Shown in pieces: positions 35,264 to 42,819 of a DNA stretch of 64,000 nt. Where the stretch lies: contig JAEUHR010000043.1 of the NCBI GenBank assembly GCA_016794425.1, forward strand, positions 128,141-192,140. The letters are read 5' to 3'. Source of the DNA: Planctomycetota bacterium (GTDB lineage: Bacteria > Planctomycetota > UBA1135 > UBA2386). The notes below the pieces were generated by a model. It was not told where the DNA came from, did not search any database, and saw only the letters and a list, made by a program, of their open reading frames with translations. Every line of letters starts with the position of its first letter. Within the stretch, counting starts at the first letter, position 1. The position numbers and the translations under genes are program-made.

Positions 35264-36448
35264 GTGAGCGAGCCCAGGAAGTCGAGCGGCCAGGGTGCCG
35301 ACGCAGCACGGCTCGCCGACCGCGTGCGCGGCATCGAGCCGAGCGGGATCCGTCGCATCTTCGAACTGATGGCGACGATGGAGGACCCGATCAACCTGTC
35401 GATCGGGCAGCCGCACTACGACCCGCCGGTGGAACTCGTCGAGGCGGCGTGCCGCGCGATCCGCGCCGGCAAGAACCGCTACACGGTCACGCAGGGTCTG
35501 CCGGAGCTGAACGCGCGCGTGCTCGACGACGTCGCCAGGCGCTACGGCCATCGGCCGGAGACGTGCCTGTTGACCGCCGGCGTCTCAGGCGGGCTCGTGC
35601 TGACGTTCCAGTGCCTGTTGAACCCGGGCGACGAGATCCTGCTGCCCGATCCGGGCTTCGTGATGTACCGGCACCTCGCGACGCTGTGCGGCGCGACGGT
35701 CCGCTACTACGACCTCTATCCGAAGCAGCCCGGCCAGCGTTTCGGCGTCGACCTCGCCGAGATCGAGGCGCTGTGCGGCCCGCGCACGAAGATCGTGTTC
35801 GTGAACTCGCCGAGCAACCCGACCGGCGCCGTGCTGACGCGGGCCGAGATCGAGGGCGTCTGCGCGATCGCCAACCGCTGCGGCGCCTACGTCGTCAGCG
35901 ACGAGATCTACGACTTCTTCTGCTTCACCGACGACTACGCGTCGCCGGTCAGCTACGCGGAACGCTGCATCCAGCTCGGCGGCTACAGCAAGACCTACGG
36001 CATCCCCGGCTGGCGCATGGGCTACGCGACCGGCCCGGCGAACGTGCTGGACGCGATGAAGACGCTGCAGCAGTTCTCGTTCGTCTGCGCGCCGGCGCCG
36101 TTCCAGTACGCGCTGCTCGAGGCCGAGCCGAGCATCGACCTGTCGCCGTACTTCGCCGAGTACCGGCAGAAGCGCGACTTCGTCGCCCGCGAGCTGCACC
36201 CGGTCTATGCGCTGAGCCCGCCGGAGGGTTCGTTCTACGCGTTCCCGCAGCTGCCCACGCCGGCGGACGGCCGCGCCGGTGACGCCGGCGCGTTCCTGCA
36301 GGCGGCGCTGGACCACAAGCTGCTGATCGTGCCGGGCAAGTCGTTCTCGCGGCGCGACACGCACTTCCGGATCTCGTTCGCGGCCGACGACGAACTGCTG
36401 GCGCGCGGCATCGCGGTCCTCAACGAGCTGGCGCCGCGGTTCGCCTGA
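35264..36448 (+). CDS. pyridoxal-phosphate-dependent aminotransferase, class I/II
   Basis: NLSIGQPHYDPP, NRYT...G, FVNSPSNPTG, DEIY and the PLP-lysine motif YSKTYGIPGWRMGY. Confidence 0.9.
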   Translation: MSEPRKSSGQGADAARLADRVRGIEPSGIRRIFELMATMEDPINLSIGQPHYDPPVELVEAACRAIRAGKNRYTVTQGLPELNARVLDDVARRYGHRPETCLLTAGVSGGLVLTFQCLLNPGDEILLPDPGFVMYRHLATLCGATVRYYDLYPKQPGQRFGVDLAEIEALCGPRTKIVFVNSPSNPTGAVLTRAEIEGVCAIANRCGAYVVSDEIYDFFCFTDDYASPVSYAERCIQLGGYSKTYGIPGWRMGYATGPANVLDAMKTLQQFSFVCAPAPFQYALLEAEPSIDLSPYFAEYRQKRDFVARELHPVYALSPPEGSFYAFPQLPTPADGRAGDAGAFLQAALDHKLLIVPGKSFSRRDTHFRISFAADDELLARGIAVLNELAPRFA

Positions 36449-36494
36449 CCGTGGATCTGGTCTGACCGTGGATCTGGCCTGACGTGGACCTGAA
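36445..36494. repeat. 17-bp tandem triplication CTGACCGTGGATCTGG(T/C) x2 plus a degenerate third copy
   Basis: Units at 36445-36461, 36462-36478 and 36479-36494. Unit 1 contains the aminotransferase TGA stop. Unit 3 contains the first possible queE GTG (36484). Confidence 0.85.
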
Positions 36495-37341
36495 GCGCGC
36501 GCTCCAGGGACTGCAGCCGCAGTCACGCCGCGGCGACGACGCGGCGCGCCGCGCGGTGCCGCGCGCACCGCTGATCGAGGTGTTCCACTCGGTGCAGGGC
36601 GAAGGCCGCTTCGTCGGCGTGCCGATGACCTTCCTGCGCACCGCGACGTGCCCGCTGCGCTGCCTCTACTGCGACACGCCGCACAGCTACACCGCGGCCG
36701 CGACGTTCCCGGTGCGCTTCGGCCACCGCACCGCCGCCGAGCCGAACCCGGTCGCCGCCGACCGTGCGGCCGAACTGGTGCGTCAGGTCGCCGCGGCCGA
36801 CACCGGCTGCCGCACGCCGCGGCTCAGCATCACCGGTGGTGAGCCGCTGGTGTTCCCCGAGTTCGTGCGCGACCTCGGCCAGGCGGTGCGGCAGCGCGGC
36901 ATGCGCGTGCACCTCGAGACCGCCGCGATCCACCCGGCCGCGCTGGCGGTCTGCGTCGAGCAGGTCGACCACCTCAGCGCCGACTACAAGCTGCCGGAGA
37001 CGCTCGGCGCGCCGGCCGACGGCCTGGCCGCGACGCCGCCCGCCGGTTTCGGCGCGCGCCATCGCGAGTGCTGCGAACTGGCGCTGCGGCGCGGCGCCAC
37101 GGTCGACGTCAAGGTCGTGCTGACCGACCGCGTGCTCGACCCGTCGTTCGAACGCGTGCTCGAGGACCTGGCGCCGGTCCGCGACCGGATCCTGCTGGTG
37201 CTGCAGCCGGTGACGCCGTTCGGTGCCGCCAAGGCGCCCGTGGCGCGGACCGAACTCGAACGCTTCGCCGCCGCGGCGGTGCGCGCGTCGTTCGACGTCC
37301 GCGTGCTGCCGCAGGTGCACAAGGTGCTGCAGCTGCCGTGA
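36484..37341 (+). CDS. queE: 7-carboxy-7-deazaguanine synthase (radical SAM)
   Basis: VFHSVQGEGRFVGVPMTFLRTATCPLRCLYCDTPHSY is the QueE CX14CX2C-type cluster region. The true start may be the GTG at 36556. Confidence 0.8.
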   Translation: MDLKRALQGLQPQSRRGDDAARRAVPRAPLIEVFHSVQGEGRFVGVPMTFLRTATCPLRCLYCDTPHSYTAAATFPVRFGHRTAAEPNPVAADRAAELVRQVAAADTGCRTPRLSITGGEPLVFPEFVRDLGQAVRQRGMRVHLETAAIHPAALAVCVEQVDHLSADYKLPETLGAPADGLAATPPAGFGARHRECCELALRRGATVDVKVVLTDRVLDPSFERVLEDLAPVRDRILLVLQPVTPFGAAKAPVARTELERFAAAAVRASFDVRVLPQVHKVLQLP

Positions 37342-37370
37342 CCACCGCGGCCGCGCTACGCTTCTGCGCG

Positions 37371-38537
37371 ATGTCGAAGGTCGGCATGCTGGTGGCTCTG
37401 TTGGCGGTGGCTTCGGCGTCGGCGCAGGAGCCGCCACCGGCGCCGACGCCGAGCTGCCGCTCGTGCGCCGACCGCGGCACGCTCCCCTGCGGCAAACACG
37501 GCAAGGACCTCGGCCCCGAGGCCGACGCGGCGGTGCGGCTGTGCAGCGTGGCTGCGGAGTGCAAGGCCTGTGGCGGTGCGCTGGCCGTCGATTGCCGATC
37601 GTGCCGCAACGGACCCGCCGAGCAGGCTCTGGCGGCGCGGCAGCAGCTGGTGCACGACTGGCTCGAGCAGCGGCGCAAGGCCGTCGACGACACCCTCGGC
37701 GAACGCTCGCTGCTGCACCTGGAGACGACGCACTGCGACCTGGTGTTCGGCCTGCGCGCGCTGACGGTCGGCAAGCAGAAGCTCGACCCGCACGCGCTGA
37801 TGCACCTGTACGGCCAGCGCATCGAGTCGCTGCGCGAGGACTTCCGCACGCTGTTCGAGCTGACCGACGCGGACCTGCCCGGCCGGCTGCGCGTCTACAT
37901 GTTCCGCGACCAGAAGCACCACGGCGTGATCGGCCCGCGCGAGACCGGCCTCGGCAGCGCGTCGTCGATCGGCCTGAAGCAGATGGGGCCGGAGTTCGTC
38001 TACAGCATGTGGCACGACCAGCGCAGCCTCGCGGCCGACGACGCCCTGCACCGCAACATCGTGCACAACGTCGCGCACCTGCTGCTGAGCCAGATGCTGC
38101 CGGTGCAGTGGATCGGCAACCGTTCGCACGGCTGGATCGACGAAGGCCTGGCGCACTGGTTCGAGGATCGCACCAACGGCAAGTGCACGAACTACTGCTA
38201 CGAGGAGATCCTGACCATGCCGGGCGCCGGCTGGAAGAACGGCGTCTGGCGGCCGCACGTGCGCAAGCTGCTCGAGGACGGCGGCCTGCCGACGTTCGCG
38301 CAGCTGTCGACGCGCAACACCGACCAGCTGACGTTCCCCGAACACGCCGCCGCGTTCGCCTGGGTCGACCACCTGCTGACCGCGCACGGCGGCGCGCGCT
38401 TTCGTGACCTCGTGCGGGCGCTGAAGGCCGGGCAGGCGACGCGCGACGCGCTGCAGGCCGTCTACCAGTTGAACCCGTTGACCATCGAGGCGCCGTTCCA
38501 GGCATGGTTGCGCGAGCACTATCCGTTGCCCCACTGA
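37371..38537 (+). CDS. exported protein: DnaJ-type Cys-rich zinc-finger-like module + MA-clan-peptidase-like (DUF1570-like) domain with HNxxH in place of HExxH
   Basis: Signal MSKVGMLVALLAVASASAQ. CxxC repeats (CRSCADRG, CKACGG, CRSCRNG). NIVHNVAHLL sits at the expected metal-site helix, with WIDEGLAHWFE downstream. Confidence 0.65.
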   Translation: MSKVGMLVALLAVASASAQEPPPAPTPSCRSCADRGTLPCGKHGKDLGPEADAAVRLCSVAAECKACGGALAVDCRSCRNGPAEQALAARQQLVHDWLEQRRKAVDDTLGERSLLHLETTHCDLVFGLRALTVGKQKLDPHALMHLYGQRIESLREDFRTLFELTDADLPGRLRVYMFRDQKHHGVIGPRETGLGSASSIGLKQMGPEFVYSMWHDQRSLAADDALHRNIVHNVAHLLLSQMLPVQWIGNRSHGWIDEGLAHWFEDRTNGKCTNYCYEEILTMPGAGWKNGVWRPHVRKLLEDGGLPTFAQLSTRNTDQLTFPEHAAAFAWVDHLLTAHGGARFRDLVRALKAGQATRDALQAVYQLNPLTIEAPFQAWLREHYPLPH

Positions 38538-40006
38538 TCGCCGTGTTGGCGGCCGCTGCGGCGGCGCAGGGACCGGTCTACCGCGAACGCTGGGGCTACC
38601 TGCACCTCGAACAGCGCCGCGCCGAGCTGCTGCACGCGCTGCGCGGGGCCGACGAAGACACCCTGCGCCGCGCGGCCGACGTGCTGGCCGGTCCCGACGA
38701 CGGCGTGCCGTTCGTGCCGGTCGCGCGCGCGCTGGCCGCGCAGCGTGGCGTGACCGCCGACGCGACGTTCCAGCTGCGTTCGCTGCTGTCGGCGTACGTG
38801 TTGCCCGAGATCGCCGACCCGGACGGCAGCAACGAGGCCTGCCGGCGGATCAACGTGACGCTGTTCGCGCCGTTCGCGATGCCGCTGCCCGGGGCGCTGG
38901 TGTTCGACTTCGAGCTGATCGCCGCCGACGGTTCGCGCGTCTGGTCGGCGCAGCTCGACCTCGCGCCGACGCTCGAGGACCTGCGCATGGCGCGGCTGGT
39001 CGCCCCGATCCCGACCGCCGAACTGCCGGACGGCACCTACTTCGTGCGCGTCGTCACGCGCGTCGACGGCGCCGCCCCCGGCCCACACGACCCGACGCTG
39101 CAGTGGCGCTGCCACGTGCTGCGCGGTTACCAGTCCCGCAGCGAAGCGGCGTTCGCGGCGCTGCCGGGCGCGCTGGAGCGCTGCTCGGTGGCGGACCGCC
39201 CGCTGCTGGCCGGCATCGCGCACGAGGTGCGACGCGCCTACTCCGGCGACGCGTTCGACGGCGACAGCGACGCGGTCGGCGACCTGCAGCGGCTCGAACG
39301 CGCGCTGCAGAACGTGGCCGACGAACGTCCGGTGCTGGCCGGCATCACCGGGTTCGTGCCGGTCTGGCTCGATGCCGGTGAGCCGCGCGGCTTCGCGGCC
39401 GTCGTGCGGCTGCCGGCGGACTTCGCGCCGGGCCAGCGCCGCGGGCGTCCGCTGGTGGTGTTCGCCGCGGCCACGCCGGCCTACGACACGTCGCCGCGCC
39501 GACCGACCGCGCCGGGCTCGCGCGGGCCGCGCTGGGGGGCACGGGAGCTGGGCGACTTCGGTGCGGCGTTGGGCTGCGACGCGGCGTGGCTCGAGTCGCC
39601 CGGCGAGCTGCGGGACTATCCGGCGCGGTTGCGCGCCGCGCTGGCCGCGCTGCGCGACCTGTTCGGCAGCGGCGACGCAGAGGTGTTGCTGGTGTGCGAC
39701 GGCGAAGCGGCGGCGGTCGCGGCGCTGCACATCGGATCGCTGCAGGCGCAGCTGCAGGGGCTCGTGCTGGTCGGCTCGGGCGCCCTCAGCGGCAAGGCGA
39801 TCGACGGCCTCGGTGCGCTGCCGGTGCGCCTGCAGCCGGTGCCCGGCCGGCCCGGCAGCGAAGGCCTCGAACGGTCGCTGGCCTACGCGGCCGGTCGCGA
39901 CGTCGACGTGGCTCGACTGGGCACGCGGCCGGTGCCGTGGCCGCTGGCGCTGCCGCTGCTGCAGTCGGACCTCGAGGCGTTCGCCGCGCGCGTCCTGGCG
40001 CGCTGA
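38504..40006 (+). CDS. hypothetical exported protein (500 aa)
   Basis: The ATG lies within the 3' end of the previous gene (34-nt overlap). Signal VAPLIAVLAAAAAAQG. No family recognised. The C-terminal part could be an alpha/beta-hydrolase-like fold. Confidence 0.5.
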   Translation: MVARALSVAPLIAVLAAAAAAQGPVYRERWGYLHLEQRRAELLHALRGADEDTLRRAADVLAGPDDGVPFVPVARALAAQRGVTADATFQLRSLLSAYVLPEIADPDGSNEACRRINVTLFAPFAMPLPGALVFDFELIAADGSRVWSAQLDLAPTLEDLRMARLVAPIPTAELPDGTYFVRVVTRVDGAAPGPHDPTLQWRCHVLRGYQSRSEAAFAALPGALERCSVADRPLLAGIAHEVRRAYSGDAFDGDSDAVGDLQRLERALQNVADERPVLAGITGFVPVWLDAGEPRGFAAVVRLPADFAPGQRRGRPLVVFAAATPAYDTSPRRPTAPGSRGPRWGARELGDFGAALGCDAAWLESPGELRDYPARLRAALAALRDLFGSGDAEVLLVCDGEAAAVAALHIGSLQAQLQGLVLVGSGALSGKAIDGLGALPVRLQPVPGRPGSEGLERSLAYAAGRDVDVARLGTRPVPWPLALPLLQSDLEAFAARVLAR

Positions 40007-40456
40007 TCACTCGGCGTCGCCGAGGAACTCGCGCACGACCGAAACCAGGTGGCGCGGCTTCACCGGCTTGGTCAGCCAGATGCCGGGCCACAACTCGGCC
40101 GCGCCGAGGTCGGTCTCGGCGCGCGAACTGCCGCTGACGACGACGATCGGCAGCCGCGCGTGGCCGTCGGCACGCAGGCGACGCACGAGTTCGGCGCCGG
40201 AAACCGCCGGCAGGCTCATGTCGAGCACCACCAGCGACGGTGCGTTGTCCTGCATGCGGCGCAGCGCCTGCAGGCCGTCGCGCGCGACGTCGACGCGGTG
40301 GCCGTCGCGCGCGAGGGCGCGCGCGAACACCTCGGCGGTCAGCGGTTCGTCCTCGACCAACAGCACTCTGGAACCGCGGTGCAGCTGCGCCGGAGCATCG
40401 CTGCGTTGCGTCGCGCGTGCCGGGTCTTGCAGCGGTTGCAGGATCGTAGGGGGCAT
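40007..40456 (-). CDS. single-domain response regulator (CheY-like receiver)
   Basis: RVLLVEDEP, VVLDMSLPAVSG and TKPVK receiver motifs. There is no output domain. Confidence 0.8.
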   Translation of the reverse strand: MPPTILQPLQDPARATQRSDAPAQLHRGSRVLLVEDEPLTAEVFARALARDGHRVDVARDGLQALRRMQDNAPSLVVLDMSLPAVSGAELVRRLRADGHARLPIVVVSGSSRAETDLGAAELWPGIWLTKPVKPRHLVSVVREFLGDAE

Positions 40457-40522
40457 CCTGGGTCTCTCCTCGGGACGGCCATCGGCCGCCCGGCGTGCAC
40501 GAATGAAGCGGTGGCGCCGGAT

Positions 40523-41233
40523 TCAGCGCGCGGCCCGGCGGCACAGCACCAGCGTCTGCTCGGCCAGGAAGCGCCGCAGGGCGCGGACTGCCACGACTTC
40601 GAGCCCCGCGGCGCGCAGTTCGGCCAGGAACACGTGCCGCGCGACTGCCGAACGGCCCGACACCCGCTTGCCGAACCGTCGCCGCAGTCGACGCCGCAGG
40701 TGTTGCAGGCTGCACGCGTCGAAGAACGACACGACGATCGGGCCGCGCGCGACGCGGCCGAGTTCGCGCAGGATGTCGCGGCGTTCGACGGCTGTCGGAA
40801 TGTGCTGCAGCAGCCGGTGGCACAGCACGCCGGCGAACGCGTCGTCGCGGAACGGCAGCGCGTGCACGCTGGCGCAGACCCGCGCGTGGCCGGGATCGCA
40901 GGCGGCGACCATCGTCGGGTCGCGGTCGACCTGGACCACCGCGCCCGGCAGTGCTGCCGACATGCGACCGGCACCACTCGGCGCATCGAGCCACGGTCCG
41001 TCCGGCCACGTCGCCTGTGCCAGCAGCGCCGCGAGCGCGCGGCGCTCGCGCGCATCGGTGCCGGCGCCGCTGCCGGTCCGGAAGCGCCGGTCGCGGTAAC
41101 GGGCCGCGTAGCCTGGCTCGCGTTCGTACGGGGTCTCGCGCACGGCGCGCACGATAGCGCCGGCGCTTCGGGGTTCAGTCGGTTGCGCCGAACGGCCGAT
41201 GGCACCGCCGGAGACCGACCATGGTGGATGCAC
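40523..41233 (-). CDS. class I SAM-dependent methyltransferase (type 11-like)
   Basis: WLDAPSGAGRM (motif I-like), ALPFRDDAFAGVLCHRLLQHI and GPIVVSFF. This is the maximal ORF. Likelier GTG starts at 41152 or 41143 would remove the overlap with the PilZ gene. Confidence 0.65.
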   Translation of the reverse strand: MHPPWSVSGGAIGRSAQPTEPRSAGAIVRAVRETPYEREPGYAARYRDRRFRTGSGAGTDARERRALAALLAQATWPDGPWLDAPSGAGRMSAALPGAVVQVDRDPTMVAACDPGHARVCASVHALPFRDDAFAGVLCHRLLQHIPTAVERRDILRELGRVARGPIVVSFFDACSLQHLRRRLRRRFGKRVSGRSAVARHVFLAELRAAGLEVVAVRALRRFLAEQTLVLCRRAAR

Positions 41234-41499
41234 ACACGACCGCCAACCAGCGCCGCGAACCGCGGGTGCCGCTCGACGCCACCGTGACGGTCGAAGTGCC
41301 GGCCACGGAGATCCAGGGTTCGGGCGAGAACATCTCGAGCCAGGGCGTGTTCTTCACCGCGGCGGGTCGGCTGCAGGTCGTCGTGCACATCGGCGGCCAC
41401 GGCCGGACCGTTGCCGGCGAACTGGTGCGCTGCGAGACGATGGGGGACGGGCGCGTCGGCATCGCGATCCGCTTCCTCGAGCCGCTGGCCGACGCCTGA
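41221..41499 (+). CDS. PilZ-domain protein (92 aa)
   Basis: c-di-GMP motifs RREPR (RxxxR) and ENISSQG (D/NxSxxG). Confidence 0.75.
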   Translation: MVDAHTTANQRREPRVPLDATVTVEVPATEIQGSGENISSQGVFFTAAGRLQVVVHIGGHGRTVAGELVRCETMGDGRVGIAIRFLEPLADA

Positions 41500-41529
41500 A
41501 GGGTGCAGGCGCGCCGGCTGCGCGCTAGC

Positions 41530-42042
41530 ATGCGCGGCGTGAGCCTGCGCGACCAGTTCAAGAAGGCGAACCTGCTGTCGGACAAGGACCAGAAGCGCCT
41601 CGCGCACGAGGCGCGCGTCGAGCGCGCCACCAAGGGCCAGCAGGCGCTCGACGCGGAAGGTGCGGCGCGCCAGCGCGAACTCGAGGCACTGCAGGCACAG
41701 GCGCGCGAGCGCGACCGCCGCGAGCAGGAACGGCTCGAAGCCGAGCGCAAACAGCAGGAGGAGCGCCTGGCCGTGCAGACGCTGCTGGCCGAGGCGAAGA
41801 AGCCCGGACCGGGCGCGGTGAAGTTCTACTTCGAGGCGGGAGACGGCTCGCTGCCGTGGCTGGAGTTGTCGCCGCGCGAAGCGCAGGAAGTCCGGGCGGG
41901 CGCATTGTGCGTCGTTCGCGGCGGTGCCGTCGGCACGCACGACTACCGGCTGCTCGGCCTCGAAGCCACCAAACGCGTCGCGCGCGTGGTGCCCGAGGTG
42001 GTCGTGCTGGCGCCGCGCGGCGTCGTGCCACGCGAGGCCTGA
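41530..42042 (+). CDS. DUF2058 (YaiL-like) protein
   Basis: SLRDQFKKANLLSDKDQKR N-terminus, a charged Lys/Glu/Arg/Gln-rich middle and a C-terminal beta region. This layout matches YaiL as I recall it. Confidence 0.6.
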   Translation: MRGVSLRDQFKKANLLSDKDQKRLAHEARVERATKGQQALDAEGAARQRELEALQAQARERDRREQERLEAERKQQEERLAVQTLLAEAKKPGPGAVKFYFEAGDGSLPWLELSPREAQEVRAGALCVVRGGAVGTHDYRLLGLEATKRVARVVPEVVVLAPRGVVPREA

Positions 42043-42165
42043 GCAAGGACCGTTCGCCGGGCGCCGGGCAAGATCGGACCTTTCGCCGGCTTGTCGAAAC
42101 CAGCGCCTGCGTATCGTCTCGACCCGCGGCACCGGCGCGTCCGCGCCGGGCCAGGAGAAATTGCC

Positions 42166-42732
42166 ATGAAGACCCGACTCACCCTTTCCCTGCTCGCACT
42201 GTTCACCTTCGTTCCCGCCGCGCTGGCGCAGGAAGGGCCGCCGCAGCCCGGCCCGCAGCACAAGGCGCTGGCGATGGCCGAAGGCGTCTGGGACGCCAAG
42301 GTCGAAGGCATGGGGCCGGAGCCGGCCACCGGCACGTCGACGATGAAGATGGTGCTCGGCGGCTTCTGGCTCGAGGACACCTTCTCGTGCGACTTCGGCG
42401 GCATGAAGTTCGAGGGCCGCGGCATGACCGGCTACGACCCGATCAAGGGCAAGTATGTCGGCACGTGGACCGACAACATGTCGCCGGCGCTGATGGTGAC
42501 CGAGGGCACCTATGACGAGAAGACGCGCACGCTGACGATGGTCGGCGACGGCTACGACCAGACCGGCGCGAAGGTGAAGATGCGCCTGCTGACGATCCAC
42601 AAGGACGCCAACACGGTCGTGTTCGAGATGCACCAGACCGGCGCCGACGGCAAGGAAGCGAAGATGATGACGATCACCTACACGCGCCACGTCGAGAAGC
42701 CCGCCGGCAAGCCGGCGCAGCCGATGAAGTGA
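42166..42732 (+). CDS. DUF1579-like exported protein
   Basis: ATG preceded by AGGAGAAA. Signal MKTRLTLSLLALFTFVPAALAQ. GGFWLEDTF...FEGRGMTGYDPIKGKYVGTWTDNMSP is the pattern of that family. Confidence 0.6.
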   Translation: MKTRLTLSLLALFTFVPAALAQEGPPQPGPQHKALAMAEGVWDAKVEGMGPEPATGTSTMKMVLGGFWLEDTFSCDFGGMKFEGRGMTGYDPIKGKYVGTWTDNMSPALMVTEGTYDEKTRTLTMVGDGYDQTGAKVKMRLLTIHKDANTVVFEMHQTGADGKEAKMMTITYTRHVEKPAGKPAQPMK

Positions 42733-42819
42733 CCGTCCGCGTCGGCCGGCGGCGGGTCGGTGTGCCCGACCCCGCCGGCCCGACCCAGTCGGCGCGCTAA
42801 GTCGGCCCGGCCCAGTCGA

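Noticed and set aside
36445-36494. Tandem repeats (here and at 15665-15694) as a CRISPR array
   Set aside because: The units are 17 bp and 6 bp with no spacers, there are only 3-5 copies, and no cas genes are present.
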